Source: Verrucomicrobiaceae bacterium
GTDB taxonomy: Bacteria > Verrucomicrobiota > Verrucomicrobiia > Verrucomicrobiales > Akkermansiaceae
Reading direction: 5' to 3'
Length of the DNA stretch: 64,000 nt
Assembly: GCA_051252135.1 (NCBI GenBank)
Contig: JBPOGH010000003.1
Coordinates: forward strand, 64,001-128,000
Position numbers and translations under genes: made by a program. The notes beneath the pieces were generated by a model. The model worked only from the letters and a program-made list of their open reading frames with translations, had not been told where the DNA came from and ran no database searches. This document shows positions 52,338-62,828 of the stretch, in pieces (within the stretch, counting starts at the first letter, position 1; the number at the start of each line of letters is the position of its first letter).

Positions 52338-52856
52338 ATGGAAAACGAAGAAAGCGTCGTATGGAAAGGCCGGTCCTCCCAAATCGTCAACTTTTGGCCA
52401 TTTGTCTTCTCCGGCCTCGTGGCCCTCGCCTTCATCGCCCTCGCCTTCGCCAACCCCTTCTTCCTCATCGGCATCCTTCTCCCCGCCGCCTATGCCGGAT
52501 GGCTCTGGCTCAGCACCAAATGCCGCATCTTCGAATTCACCAGCGAACGCATGCGCCTCTACGAGGGCGTCCTCAACCAGGAAATCAACGAGGTCGAACT
52601 CTACCGCGTCAAGGACACCAAAATCCAAAAACCCTTCTGGCTCCGCATCTTCGGCCTCTCCACCATCGTCCTCGATACCTCGGACCGCTCCTGCCCCATC
52701 ATCGAAATCCGGGCCATCAGAGACGGTGCCGCCATCCGTGAGAAACTCCGCAAACAAGTCGAAATCCTCCGCGACAAAAAACGCGTCCGTGAAGTCGACT
52801 TCGAAGGCAGCGGTGGCGACGACTTCGCCGACGGCGATGATTTTGAAATGGTCTAA
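52338..52856 (+). CDS. Membrane protein with bacterial PH (bPH_2) domain
   Basis: Two TMs, then 'FTSERM...EGVL....EVELYRVKD..I.KPFWLRIFGLSTI'. Confidence 0.8.
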   Translation: MENEESVVWKGRSSQIVNFWPFVFSGLVALAFIALAFANPFFLIGILLPAAYAGWLWLSTKCRIFEFTSERMRLYEGVLNQEINEVELYRVKDTKIQKPFWLRIFGLSTIVLDTSDRSCPIIEIRAIRDGAAIREKLRKQVEILRDKKRVREVDFEGSGGDDFADGDDFEMV

Positions 52857-52883
52857 CCCCTCCCCGGAGGCTAACTTCCCGCC

Positions 52884-53444
52884 ATGCAGAAATGGCTCCC
52901 GCTCTTTGTCTTCGTCATCATCCTCGGAGTGGCCCGCCTTCTGGGCGGCCTCGCCCCTGAGACGCTCGGCAACCTTCAGCCCTACGGCGCCCTCTTTTTC
53001 TGCGGCATGGCCTGCTTCGGCCTCCGCTGGCTCGCCATCCCCGCCCTCGCCTGGTTCCTGACCTACCCCCTCACCAATGCCCTCAACGGCTACGGCTGGA
53101 GCGCCCAAATCCTCGTCCCCATCGCCGGCTTCGCCGTCATCATCGGACTCGCCCGCTTCTTCAAAGGCAAATCACCCAAAGCCATCTTCCTCGGCTCCCT
53201 CACCTCCGCCGTCGCCTTCTACCTCCTCACCAACACCCTCAGCTGGGCCTTCGATCCCGGCTATGCCAAATCCCTCGGCGGCCTCACCCAAGCCCTCACC
53301 ACCGGCCTCCCCGGCTACCTCCCCACCTGGACCTTCTTCCGCAACGGCCTCATCTCCCAGGCCCTCTTCAGCGGCGTCTTCCTCCTCGCCACCCAAAATC
53401 TCCGCACCCTAAGCCTCTCCTCCCCGGTCCCCTCCCAGGGATAG
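52884..53444 (+). CDS. Integral membrane protein, DUF6580-like putative transporter
   Basis: About 5-6 TMs; 'NLQPYGALFF', 'AFYLLTNTLSW', 'YAKSL.GL.QA...GLP', 'FFRN'. Confidence 0.6.
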   Translation: MQKWLPLFVFVIILGVARLLGGLAPETLGNLQPYGALFFCGMACFGLRWLAIPALAWFLTYPLTNALNGYGWSAQILVPIAGFAVIIGLARFFKGKSPKAIFLGSLTSAVAFYLLTNTLSWAFDPGYAKSLGGLTQALTTGLPGYLPTWTFFRNGLISQALFSGVFLLATQNLRTLSLSSPVPSQG

Positions 53445-53457
53445 TCCCCCACCCAGC

Positions 53458-54426
53458 GTGCAGTCACTCACCATCCCCGAGCCCGGCGGCGATCGGCTCG
53501 ACGCCTACCTCGCTGCCCACCTGCCCGACCTCTCACGCTCGCGCATCCAGGCCCTCATCAAAGAAGGACACATCCTTCTCAATGACGCCAAAGTGAAGGC
53601 CAAAGTCGCCCTCAAAGCGGGCGACCGCGTCACCGTCAACATCCCCGAGCCCACCCCGCTCGACCTCATCGCTCAGGACATCCCCCTCGAAGTCCTCTTC
53701 GAGGACGCCGACCTCATCGTCATCAACAAAGCTCACGGCATCGTCGTCCACCCCGCCGCCGGAAATCCCGATGGCACCCTCGTAAACGCCCTCCTCCACC
53801 ATTGCCAGGGACAACTCGCCGGCATCGGCGGCGTCGAACGCCCCGGCATCGTCCACCGACTCGATAAGGACACCTCAGGATGCCTCGTCGCCGCCAAGAC
53901 CGACCGCGCACACCAATCACTCGTCGGCCAGTTTGCCGACCGCAAGACCGCCAAACTCTACCTCGCCGTCACCCAGTCGCCGCCCAAACAAAACCACCAA
54001 ACCGTCTTCAACCACATCGCCCGCCACCCCGTCCACCGCCAACGCATGGACGTCTGCAACCCAGGCTCCGGAAAACCCGCCATCACCGACATCCACCTCC
54101 TCCACACCGCCCCGGATGGCACCTCCCTCATCCTCTGCGCCCTCCACACCGGACGCACCCACCAAATCCGCGTCCACAACCGCTTCCTCGGCCACCCCCT
54201 CCTCGGCGACCCCATCTACGCCAAGCCCGGACGCCAAGCCCGGGAAGCCCCCCGCCTCATGCTCCACGCCTGGCGACTCGGATTCACCCACATTGCATCC
54301 GGACAATGGATTCAAAATGAAGCCCCCATCCCAGGCGAATTCCTTCCCTGGACCGATCAGGTAACCGACCGACTCGAACAAATCCGCGCAATTGGCGACA
54401 GCAAGGAATTCGATGCTCTCTGGTAA
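53458..54426 (+). CDS. rluD: RluA-family 23S rRNA pseudouridine synthase (RluD-like, S4 domain)
   Basis: 'RLDAYLA...SRSRIQ', 'VVHPAAGN..GTLVNALL', 'RPGIVHRLDKDTSG', 'TGRTHQIRVH'. Confidence 0.9.
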   Translation: MQSLTIPEPGGDRLDAYLAAHLPDLSRSRIQALIKEGHILLNDAKVKAKVALKAGDRVTVNIPEPTPLDLIAQDIPLEVLFEDADLIVINKAHGIVVHPAAGNPDGTLVNALLHHCQGQLAGIGGVERPGIVHRLDKDTSGCLVAAKTDRAHQSLVGQFADRKTAKLYLAVTQSPPKQNHQTVFNHIARHPVHRQRMDVCNPGSGKPAITDIHLLHTAPDGTSLILCALHTGRTHQIRVHNRFLGHPLLGDPIYAKPGRQAREAPRLMLHAWRLGFTHIASGQWIQNEAPIPGEFLPWTDQVTDRLEQIRAIGDSKEFDALW

Positions 54427-54478
54427 ACCTTGAAAAGAGCATCGCTTCGCAGCATATTTTCTCCGACGGACAATCGTG

Positions 54479-55069
54479 ATGAGAGTCGAAATCAAAAAAC
54501 GCTATCTCCGTCTCGTCAGACGCGCATACCGCGTTCTCCGCAGCCCTCAATTACGGCAGCGCAAATGGCTCCAAAAACTCATCCACCCGATGTTCGACCG
54601 CGAGCTCTGGCACCCCTGCCGGGACACCGTCTCCTCCGGACTCTCCATCGGACTGTTTGTCTCCATGCTCCCCATGCCGGGACAAATGATCGTCGCCGCC
54701 TTTGGAGCCGTTAAGCTCCGCGCCAATATCCCCCTCGCCATCGCCACCTGCTGGGTCACCAATCCCTTCACCCAGGTTCCCATCATGCTCTTTCAGGAAC
54801 GCTTCGGCGACTTCCTCCGCAGCACCCTCGGAATCCCCATCCACCCCTTTCTCGAAAACATCGAGGTCCCCATCCCCACCATCGGCACCCTCAATGCCGG
54901 CAGCTTCATCCTCGGCTTCCTCACCGCCGCCTTCCTCCTGATGATCCTCACCTACCCGATCGTCTACCTCCTCTCATCCCTCGTGCCCAAGATCATCCCC
55001 AAAAACCGCTACAAGCGGGCCAAGGCCAAGATCATTGCCCGGATTGAGAACCATAATCGGTCCAAGTAA
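54479..55069 (+). CDS. DUF2062 family membrane protein
   Basis: 'LWHP.R..V..GL.IGLF...LP.PGQM', 'RANIPLA...CWVTNPFT'. Confidence 0.85.
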   Translation: MRVEIKKRYLRLVRRAYRVLRSPQLRQRKWLQKLIHPMFDRELWHPCRDTVSSGLSIGLFVSMLPMPGQMIVAAFGAVKLRANIPLAIATCWVTNPFTQVPIMLFQERFGDFLRSTLGIPIHPFLENIEVPIPTIGTLNAGSFILGFLTAAFLLMILTYPIVYLLSSLVPKIIPKNRYKRAKAKIIARIENHNRSK

Positions 55070-55811
55070 TCTTACCGCCCCCGTTCGGCGCGCCCAGACG
55101 CTCACCCACCAGCACATCGGGAAAACGATAGACCCGCGCGGCCTTCTCCTGGGCTCTCCCCAACACCTTGGAGAGAATCGCCATCAGCAGACCCACTCCT
55201 AAAAACGCCAACGCCATCCAACCCATGAAATCAAGAGCCTCTTTCCCCGGCTCGGCCTCCTTATTCGCCTGAAGACGGTCCGCAATCAACTCGCTGATCT
55301 TGAGCGTAAAATTGCGAATCTTCTCCTCCATCGGAGCGTCCCCTCCCATCGTCTCACTCGCTTGCCCGATCAAATCCTCAAGATCCGCCATCAAAATCCG
55401 CGGCATCAGCCCCCTCTCCATAAAGTCCCCCGCATACAACTGGCGCGACCGCCCCGTATCCCCGCCCCCCGGATTCTGGATATCAATCGTAAAAATCAAC
55501 CCGTCATTCTCCGGCGCCAACCACTTCTGATGCGCCGCCTCACCCTCAATCACCACGTTGGAACCGATCAGTCCCGAAAAAACGATCACATACGCATCAA
55601 AGTCATGCTTCGCCTTCAGTTCCTTCAGCGCCACCGAAATCTCCTGAAGCTCCTCCTGATGAAGCCGGAACACATTGTCCGGATCATACACCCGCGACTC
55701 CGGAGGATCCCCGTAATCCCGGGCCCGCGTCAAAGCCAAATTCAATTGGCCCCAACCCATCCCCGTGAGCAGGAACAAGCCCGCCAACACACCAAAGAAC
55801 CCTCGTTTCAT
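55032..55811 (-). CDS. Exported/membrane-anchored protein, TPM (DUF477)-like domain
   Basis: Signal peptide, 'RVYDPDNVF....LQEI...L..L', C-terminal TM, 'RLGAPNGGG'. Confidence 0.6.
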   Translation of the reverse strand: MKRGFFGVLAGLFLLTGMGWGQLNLALTRARDYGDPPESRVYDPDNVFRLHQEELQEISVALKELKAKHDFDAYVIVFSGLIGSNVVIEGEAAHQKWLAPENDGLIFTIDIQNPGGGDTGRSRQLYAGDFMERGLMPRILMADLEDLIGQASETMGGDAPMEEKIRNFTLKISELIADRLQANKEAEPGKEALDFMGWMALAFLGVGLLMAILSKVLGRAQEKAARVYRFPDVLVGERLGAPNGGGKITWTDYGSQSGQ

Positions 55812-55842
55812 CCCCATCAATCTACCACGCCCTTCCCCGAAG

Positions 55843-56433
55843 CTAACCCTCTTTTTTCTCCTCCTTCCGGAAGGCCGATAAAAACAACAGCACCGCCGCA
55901 CAGGAAATACTCGCATCCGCCACGTTAAATGTCGGCCAATGCCCCCCGCTCTCCGGCCTCACCTTCTCGTAACCCGGAATCTTCACATCAATGAAATCCA
56001 CCACATATCCCTTCGACAGCCGCGTCACAAACGACTTCTCCTCATGCTGCTCCAGATAAAATCCCTGGAACAAACGGTCCGTCAAATTGCCCAACACCCC
56101 TGCCACCAATAGCGCCGCCGCCACCCGCAGCGCCTTCGTCTCAAAAAACCCCTTCCGCCACGCAAAAATAATCCCCCCTAACGCCCCCACCAGCACCATC
56201 GTAAACACAATCGGCGCCCACGTGCTCCCGTTCCCAAAGCCAAACGCCACCCCCTGGTTGTGCACCCGCCACCACCACAGCACCCCCTCAATCACTTCGA
56301 TCTTCGGGTCCAGCGTCGCAAAGCGTCCTTCCGGCGGCTCCGCAAACGCCCCCACCGCCCACCACTTCGTGATCTGATCGATCACATAAAGCGGCAGACT
56401 CAGCGCCAAAAAGAGAACCGGGATATTCTTCAT
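55843..56433 (-). CDS. lspA: Lipoprotein signal peptidase II
   Basis: 'DQITKW', 'NQGVAFG', 'GVLGNLTDR', 'VVDFI', 'FNVAD'. Confidence 0.95.
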   Translation of the reverse strand: MKNIPVLFLALSLPLYVIDQITKWWAVGAFAEPPEGRFATLDPKIEVIEGVLWWWRVHNQGVAFGFGNGSTWAPIVFTMVLVGALGGIIFAWRKGFFETKALRVAAALLVAGVLGNLTDRLFQGFYLEQHEEKSFVTRLSKGYVVDFIDVKIPGYEKVRPESGGHWPTFNVADASISCAAVLLFLSAFRKEEKKEG

Positions 56434-56443
56434 CACTCGATCT

Positions 56444-57175
56444 CTACGCGCCACGCATCAGGGAAATCTCAGCCAAACTGATAAACGAACTCACCAACTC
56501 CTCGGAAGAAGCCTCCTTCAGCACATCCACCGGCACCGCACGGTCCAGCGTAAACCGGCCGGACCTCGTCCGCCGCAACGCGCTCAAGTGACCACCGCAG
56601 CCCAGCTCCCGGCCAATGTCGTGGGCATAAGACCGCACGTAGAATCCCTTCGAACAATCCACCGTGAAATCAATCTCCGGCAGCTCGATCCGATCCAGCT
56701 CGTAATTCGTCACAAAAACCGGACGCGGGTCCCGCTTCACTTCCTGCCCCTTGCGCGCCAATTTATAAAGCGGCACCCCATCCTTCTTGATCGCCGAGAC
56801 CATTGGAGGAATCTGCTCAAAGTTCCCCTTGTAGAGATCAAAGGCCGCCCGAATCTGCTCCTCGCTCAACTCGGGAACCTCCTTCTCCTCCACAATCTCA
56901 CCCTCCTTGTCCTGGGTCGATGTCGTAGCCCCCAGGGTGATCGTCCCCACATAGGTCTTATCCTCGCTCATCAGGAGATCCTGAATCTTCGTCGCACGGT
57001 TAATCACCAGCATCAACAGGCCGGTCGCCATCGGGTCAAGCGTACCGCAATGACCGATCTTTTTCATCTTCAACTGACGCCGCGCAATCGCCACCACATC
57101 GTGGGACGTCATACCCGGAGCCTTATCAATCAGGAGAACTCCGCTAGGGAGATCGTTGGAGTTAGGGGCTTGCAT
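56444..57175 (-). CDS. truB: tRNA pseudouridine(55) synthase
   Basis: 'DKAPGMTSHDVV', 'GHCGTLDPMATGLL', 'QIPPMVSAIK', 'CSKGFYVRS'. Confidence 0.97.
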   Translation of the reverse strand: MQAPNSNDLPSGVLLIDKAPGMTSHDVVAIARRQLKMKKIGHCGTLDPMATGLLMLVINRATKIQDLLMSEDKTYVGTITLGATTSTQDKEGEIVEEKEVPELSEEQIRAAFDLYKGNFEQIPPMVSAIKKDGVPLYKLARKGQEVKRDPRPVFVTNYELDRIELPEIDFTVDCSKGFYVRSYAHDIGRELGCGGHLSALRRTRSGRFTLDRAVPVDVLKEASSEELVSSFISLAEISLMRGA

Positions 57176-57187
57176 AAATAAAAATTG

Positions 57188-58177
57188 TTAGAGTGCTGAT
57201 TCCACCGCCTGGTTGATCTCCGCGAGCACCCGCTCCCGCGCCACCTCCAGCGGACCCGCCATCCGGATCCCCGCCGCCAGCGCATGACCGCCACCGCCAA
57301 AAATCCCGCAGAGCTCACTGCAATTGATCCGCTTGTCTTTCGAGCGCATCGATACCCGGATTTTCCCCTCCCCGAGCTCCTCAAAAAACACCGCAATCAC
57401 CACCCCTTGGATCGACCGGATAATATCAATCATCCCCTCCGTGTCATCATCCACCAAACCCAACTCCTCCTTCGTCTCCTCCTTCAGATGCCACCACGCC
57501 ACCCGCCCGTCTTCCGAGCGCTCCAGCGTGTTCAACAACGCCCGCATCAACTCCACCCTGCGATACGGTTGGTTATCGTAAGTCAGCTGGTTGATCTCCC
57601 CCACATTCAGCCCCCGCGACACCAGGTCCGCCGCCATCTCATAAGTCGCCTGAGTCGTCCCCGGATATTGAAACGATCCCGTATCGGTCGACGTCGCCAC
57701 ATAAATCGAATCCCGGCTGATCTCCGAAAGCGGCAGACCCAACCCCTTGATCACATTGTAAACAATCTGCCCCGTCGATGGACTCGTATCATCCACCAAA
57801 TTCAAATCCCCATAACCCGGATTCGAAATGTGATGGTCAATATTGATCACCATCCCCGCCGCCTCCACCACCTTCAGCGAACACTCGCCCACCCGCGCCT
57901 TCGCCGCCGTATCCAAACAAATCGCCACCTCCGCCTTCACCTCGCCCGCCTCCGCGGAAACCTCCACCTTCTCCGATCCCGGTAAAAACACCAATGACTC
58001 CGGACACCCGTCCTCATTCAAATAGCGCACCTGCTTCCCAATCCCCTCCAGCGCATGCCCCATTGCCAAAATCGACCCAATCGCATCCCCATCCGGCCGC
58101 ACATGACTCACCACCACAAAAGTTTCGTGGTCGCGCAGCACCTGCCCGATCGCCCCAATGGTCGCATTTTCGCTCAT
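57188..58177 (-). CDS. nrnA: DHH-family bifunctional oligoribonuclease/PAP phosphatase
   Basis: 'HVRPDGDAIGS', 'INIDHH', 'TDTGSF', 'GGGGHALAAG'. Confidence 0.9.
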   Translation of the reverse strand: MSENATIGAIGQVLRDHETFVVVSHVRPDGDAIGSILAMGHALEGIGKQVRYLNEDGCPESLVFLPGSEKVEVSAEAGEVKAEVAICLDTAAKARVGECSLKVVEAAGMVINIDHHISNPGYGDLNLVDDTSPSTGQIVYNVIKGLGLPLSEISRDSIYVATSTDTGSFQYPGTTQATYEMAADLVSRGLNVGEINQLTYDNQPYRRVELMRALLNTLERSEDGRVAWWHLKEETKEELGLVDDDTEGMIDIIRSIQGVVIAVFFEELGEGKIRVSMRSKDKRINCSELCGIFGGGGHALAAGIRMAGPLEVARERVLAEINQAVESAL

Positions 58178-58258
58178 AATCATCCCCGACAACCCGCCGG
58201 GCCGCGGATTCTCGCCATCAACACCACACGTTCAAGGACGAACTCACCACATCCCTCC

Positions 58259-59506
58259 CTACACCAACCCCGTCATCGTCGTCTTCGCCGTCGCAAACCC
58301 TTCCGCCTCCATCCCCAGATTCCTCAACATCGAAAGATATAAATTCGGCAACGGATAGTTGTCCGTCTGGCTGAACGCCAAATGCTGCCCGTGCTTGAAT
58401 CCACCACCCCCAAAGAGCACCGGCATGTTCCGGTTGTCGTGCGATGACGCATTCCCCAGGTTCGAGGTCAGCAACACCATCGTATCATCCAGCAAGCCCG
58501 CCCCCTTCAACTGACGTAAAAAATCTCCCCAGCGATCAATCGTCGCCTGCTCCACAATCGCCAGCTGCTCCAGCTTCTCCTCACTCCGCCCATGGTGCGA
58601 AAGCGAGTGATAGGACTCATCAACCCCCTCCAGCGAGCGCACCGAATTCCCCGTGCAATGCAGCGTCATGAACCGTGTCGAGTCCGTCTGCAGCGCCAAA
58701 AACATCGTGTCCAAAAACGCCCGTGCAATGTCCGGCGCACTATCACGATCCGCCGCCGCCGGCATCTTCCCCACCTTCGGCTTCGGCTTGTTGATCCACG
58801 CCTCATTCGCCTCCAGACGCAACTCAAGCTCACGCACCGAGGTATACCATTGATCCAACTTATCCCGATCCCCCGGACCCACCTTGCGCTCCAGCGATTT
58901 CGCCTCCGCCTGCACAATATCCAGAATCGACTGCCCGCCCTGCGCAATCTCCGCCTGCCGCTTCTTCACCGCCGCACTGTCCTCCACAAAGAGCGATGCA
59001 AACAGCTGGCGCGCATCTCGCACCGCCGGAATCATCGTCCCGTTCTCCGTATACGATGGCGACCGGTCACTGCTCGTATTCAGCACCAACGATGGAAACC
59101 GCGTCTCATGCCCGTAATGCTTCGCCATCAGCTGATCCACCGAGATCGTGTTCGTCGTGTTCGCCCCCCTCTCCATCGGACAGGCTGAAAAAATCGACGC
59201 CTCTGCCGTGTGCCCACCCTTCACCCCCGGATGCGAGGTTCCGGAAATCACCGTAAACCCGTCCCGAATATCCTGCAGCGATTTCAAATAAGGCGACGGC
59301 GTGTAACTCGCCCCCTTGTCCTTCGGCACCAAAAACGGATTGTGCAGCCCGAGCGAAAGCGACACCCCCACAAACCTCTTCGGATTCACCGGCGCCGAAG
59401 CACCAAACGCCGGACACATCGCATCCAGCATCGGAAGCCCCAGCGCGATCCCCGCCTGCTTCAGAACTGTCCGTCGCGAGAGTGATTTTTGAGTCGAAAT
59501 ATACAT
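58259..59506 (-). CDS. DUF1552 (HXXSHH) family protein, Tat-exported
   Basis: 'LSRRTVL', 'LPMLDAM', 'ISVDQ', 'ETRFPSL', 'TDSTR', 'YHSLSHH'. Confidence 0.9.
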   Translation of the reverse strand: MYISTQKSLSRRTVLKQAGIALGLPMLDAMCPAFGASAPVNPKRFVGVSLSLGLHNPFLVPKDKGASYTPSPYLKSLQDIRDGFTVISGTSHPGVKGGHTAEASIFSACPMERGANTTNTISVDQLMAKHYGHETRFPSLVLNTSSDRSPSYTENGTMIPAVRDARQLFASLFVEDSAAVKKRQAEIAQGGQSILDIVQAEAKSLERKVGPGDRDKLDQWYTSVRELELRLEANEAWINKPKPKVGKMPAAADRDSAPDIARAFLDTMFLALQTDSTRFMTLHCTGNSVRSLEGVDESYHSLSHHGRSEEKLEQLAIVEQATIDRWGDFLRQLKGAGLLDDTMVLLTSNLGNASSHDNRNMPVLFGGGGFKHGQHLAFSQTDNYPLPNLYLSMLRNLGMEAEGFATAKTTMTGLV

Positions 59507-59521
59507 AGCCAATTGGGGTTC

Positions 59522-61867
59522 TTACTTGTTCTGAAAAATGGGGCTCAACACACAGGCTTCAATGATACTCCTCAGACCATAGTCCTTTTCCGCGGACCGT
59601 TCAACGACCCGATCAAGAGTCTCCCGGTCACTGAAGTAAATCTCGCCGCCCGTTCCATAACGCAGAAGTTGCGTCGCAAAATTCCGCGCCAACATCTCGG
59701 GCCGGTCCAAATAAATCTTCCGCCAGCCCTCAAAGTTCCTAAATGCCGCCCCATCCGGAGTCACCCCCGAGGGATCGACCGCGGCCGACTTCGGCTTCGC
59801 CCCGTATCGCGTCCGGTACTGACCAATCGGATCAAAGCTCTCCAACGCAAATCCCGAGGGATCAATCTTCGCATGACAACTCGCACACGAAGCCTGCGTG
59901 CTGTGCTTCGCCAACTGGTCCCGGATCGACACCGCCCCCCGGATATCCGGCTCCACCGCCGGAATGTTCGGCGGCGGCGGCGGAATATGCCGCCCCAGAA
60001 TCCGCTCGTTGATCCACACCCCCCGCACCACCGGAGAAGTCACCGAGCCATCCGCCGTCACTTTCAAAATCGCCCCCTGCATCAGCAGACCCGACCGCTT
60101 CGCCGCATCCACCTGCACCCGCTGCAGCCCCTCACCCGGCGTCACCGGAGTGTCCCTCAACCCGTAATGACTCTTCAGCCGCGTGTTCAAAAAGGCAAAA
60201 TCCGAACGCAACAAATTCTTCACGCTCAGGTCCTCCTTGATCAATTCCGCCACAAACGCCCGACTCTCCGCCAACATCGATTCCTGCGCCACAAAATCAA
60301 AATTCCGAAACCGCTTCGGGTCCGGCTGCGTGAAATTGATATTCCGCAAATCAAGCCACTGGTCCGTGAACGATTCAATAAATCGCTCCGCCTTCGCATC
60401 CGCCAACATCCGCGCAATCTCCCCCTTCAGAACTTTCGCCTCACTCAAGGTTCCCGCCTTCGCCAGATTGCGAAGCTTCCCGTCAGGCACCGATTTCCAC
60501 AGCAAATAACTCAAGCGGCTCGCCAACGCAAACTCATCCAACTTCCCCGGCTTCTCCACAAAAGTCAAAAAATGAGGCGAACAAAGAATCGCATGATAAG
60601 CCCCCCGCAACGCCCCCGCAAAATCCTTCCCTTTCCGGTACTCGCTCAACGCCAACTCCCGGTATGCCTCCAGCTCCTCCGGCTTCACCGGCCTGCGGAA
60701 CGCCCGGTTCGCAAACGCATAAATCGCCTTCGCCAGCGCCTTCTCCGGCTCCGCCCCTCCCGTCCGAATCTCCGGCCCCTTCATCCCCGGGAACAAGCGG
60801 CTCCTCACCTCCCACTGCTTCGCATTCGGATAAATCCGCTCAATCTCGATCCCCCCAAAACGTATCCCCTCATTTCCCTCCTTCTCCAGATCACGCCCCT
60901 CGTAATTCACACTCCCCCCGTTTCCAAGCCGGGCCGATTTCTTCCCTCCCTCCGCCGGTCTCAGAACCAAAATATGCCCCTTCTGAATCCACCCCTCAAA
61001 GCTCCGCGTCGTCGGCGTCCCCGTCGCCTCAATCAATCCCACCGGATACAGCAACGGCTCGTCCGAAAAACCCGACCCCGAATGCACCGTCCCCCAAACA
61101 ACCCCATCCTCACCCGGATTCACTGCATCCACATTCTCCACCGTCACCCGATACCACCCGCTCTTCGGAATCACGGTGTTCGTCATCCGCCCGTAAAATA
61201 ACACCGATGTCGTCCAGGACACCACCTTCCCACCCCGCATCTCGGGCCCCCGGTAATTCCCTCTGCTCCTCCCCGTCAGCACTCGGGGAGGATAACGCTT
61301 CTTGAAGGTCTCATCACCCACCATCGCCCGCTGAAATGCCTCCTCCAACGCAATATCCGAAGCCCGCAGATAGCTATCGAGATGAAAATGCGACACCTGC
61401 TGATTCTGGTAAGACGACTCAAACCCATCCTCCGCCTCCGCCGTCAAATAGGGAGAAAGCGGAATATCGACCCCCAACAAATCATGCAGCGAATACTCAT
61501 ACTCCTCACGCGTCAGCCGCCGTGAGTGCACCCGACCGTTCTTCTCCAGATCCGCCAACTCCGCCTCCATCAGCGGCTTCTCAATCGCTTCCAGAAATGC
61601 CGCCATCGCCTCCGCCTCCGGACGCTCTTTCTTCTTCGGAGGCATCTCCCCCGCCTCCACCCGATGAAACACATCCTTCCACGTCGCCAGATTCCCCGGG
61701 TCCGTCGGATCAAACTTCATGTCCAGCAGGTTCAAATCCGCCTCCGCATCAAAGTCGTCATGACAACTGTAACAATGTTGGTCCAAAAACGGCTCCAACT
61801 CCGCACGCACATCCCCCCGAACCGCTCCCAACAGGGCGGCGAAAACAAAAAAAGAACGGATGATCAT
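59522..61867 (-). CDS. Planctomycete cytochrome c / DUF1587-1595-1592-1588-1585 (PSD) protein
   Basis: 'CYSCH', 'GEMPP', 'RRLTREEY', 'RAFRRPV', 'LASRLSY.LW.S.PD', 'TSPVVRGVW', 'CASCHAKIDP.GFALE.FD.IG'. Confidence 0.92.
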   Translation of the reverse strand: MIIRSFFVFAALLGAVRGDVRAELEPFLDQHCYSCHDDFDAEADLNLLDMKFDPTDPGNLATWKDVFHRVEAGEMPPKKKERPEAEAMAAFLEAIEKPLMEAELADLEKNGRVHSRRLTREEYEYSLHDLLGVDIPLSPYLTAEAEDGFESSYQNQQVSHFHLDSYLRASDIALEEAFQRAMVGDETFKKRYPPRVLTGRSRGNYRGPEMRGGKVVSWTTSVLFYGRMTNTVIPKSGWYRVTVENVDAVNPGEDGVVWGTVHSGSGFSDEPLLYPVGLIEATGTPTTRSFEGWIQKGHILVLRPAEGGKKSARLGNGGSVNYEGRDLEKEGNEGIRFGGIEIERIYPNAKQWEVRSRLFPGMKGPEIRTGGAEPEKALAKAIYAFANRAFRRPVKPEELEAYRELALSEYRKGKDFAGALRGAYHAILCSPHFLTFVEKPGKLDEFALASRLSYLLWKSVPDGKLRNLAKAGTLSEAKVLKGEIARMLADAKAERFIESFTDQWLDLRNINFTQPDPKRFRNFDFVAQESMLAESRAFVAELIKEDLSVKNLLRSDFAFLNTRLKSHYGLRDTPVTPGEGLQRVQVDAAKRSGLLMQGAILKVTADGSVTSPVVRGVWINERILGRHIPPPPPNIPAVEPDIRGAVSIRDQLAKHSTQASCASCHAKIDPSGFALESFDPIGQYRTRYGAKPKSAAVDPSGVTPDGAAFRNFEGWRKIYLDRPEMLARNFATQLLRYGTGGEIYFSDRETLDRVVERSAEKDYGLRSIIEACVLSPIFQNK

Positions 61868-61948
61868 CGGCGGCTTCCACTACGAAATGTCCCTCCCCAA
61901 GATTTCATGCAATTCATTCGTGAAAATAACATACCCTGCTCCCCGCAC

Positions 61949-62824
61949 ATGTTCTCAAAAATCCTCCCAGTCCTCACTCTGACCTGTCTGGCTCACGCGG
62001 AACCCCTAAAACTCCCGCCCCTCTCCCCGGCCCCTCCCGCCGCCGGAAAACGCGTCGCCCTCACCCCTCCCGAATACCTCGCCACCAAGGTCCACCACGC
62101 CCTCTACCTCCCCACCCACTGGGACCCCCACTGGAAAGCCGCCAAGAAAACCTACCCCCTCATCGTCGAGTTCACCGGCAACTTCCACCCACCCTCCGGC
62201 TCCACTGGCGAGGTCCGGGACGCCGCCCTCGGCTTCGGCCTCTCCGGCTGTCAAGCCATCTGGCTCACTCTCCCTTACATCTCAGCAGACGGCTCAAAAA
62301 ACGAAGTCACCTGGTGGGGCGACACCCAAGCCACCATCAACTACGCCCTCAAAAACGTCCCCCGCACCTGCCAACAGTTCGGCGCCGACCCCGACCGCGT
62401 CATCCTCTGCGGCTTCTCCCGAGGCGCCATCGCCGTCAGCTACCTCGGCCTCCACAATGACGAGATCGCCCGCCTCTGGTCCGGCTTCGTCACGCACGAT
62501 CACTTCGATGGCGTCAAGGAATGGCGCGGCACCACCTGGGGCTCCCCCCTCGACACATATCAAAAAGAAGCCACCGCACGACTCTCCCGCCTCAACGGCC
62601 GCCCCCTCCTCATCTGCCAAAACACCTCCACCAGGGAAATCCGCGACTTCCTCACCCACCGCGTCCCGCTCACCAACATCACCTTCCTCGACGTCCCCGT
62701 CTCCCAAATCCTCCCCCCCTTCCCCAACCCCATCGCCAAGCACCCGCACACCGACCGCTGGCCCCTCCTTCCCAGCCCCGCCCGACAATCCGCTTGGGAT
62801 TGGCTCCAAAACATCACAAAATAA
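61949..62824 (+). CDS. Exported alpha/beta hydrolase
   Basis: Signal peptide from ATG 61949; 'LYLP..W', 'YPLIVE', nucleophile elbow 'GFSRG', C-terminal 'HPHTD'. Confidence 0.75.
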   Translation: MFSKILPVLTLTCLAHAEPLKLPPLSPAPPAAGKRVALTPPEYLATKVHHALYLPTHWDPHWKAAKKTYPLIVEFTGNFHPPSGSTGEVRDAALGFGLSGCQAIWLTLPYISADGSKNEVTWWGDTQATINYALKNVPRTCQQFGADPDRVILCGFSRGAIAVSYLGLHNDEIARLWSGFVTHDHFDGVKEWRGTTWGSPLDTYQKEATARLSRLNGRPLLICQNTSTREIRDFLTHRVPLTNITFLDVPVSQILPPFPNPIAKHPHTDRWPLLPSPARQSAWDWLQNITK

Positions 62825-62828
62825 TCCC

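Noticed and set aside
52884..53444. Riboswitch-controlled vitamin transporter
   Set aside because: Only 27 bp of upstream intergenic DNA, so there is no room for a riboswitch; the substrate cannot be inferred.
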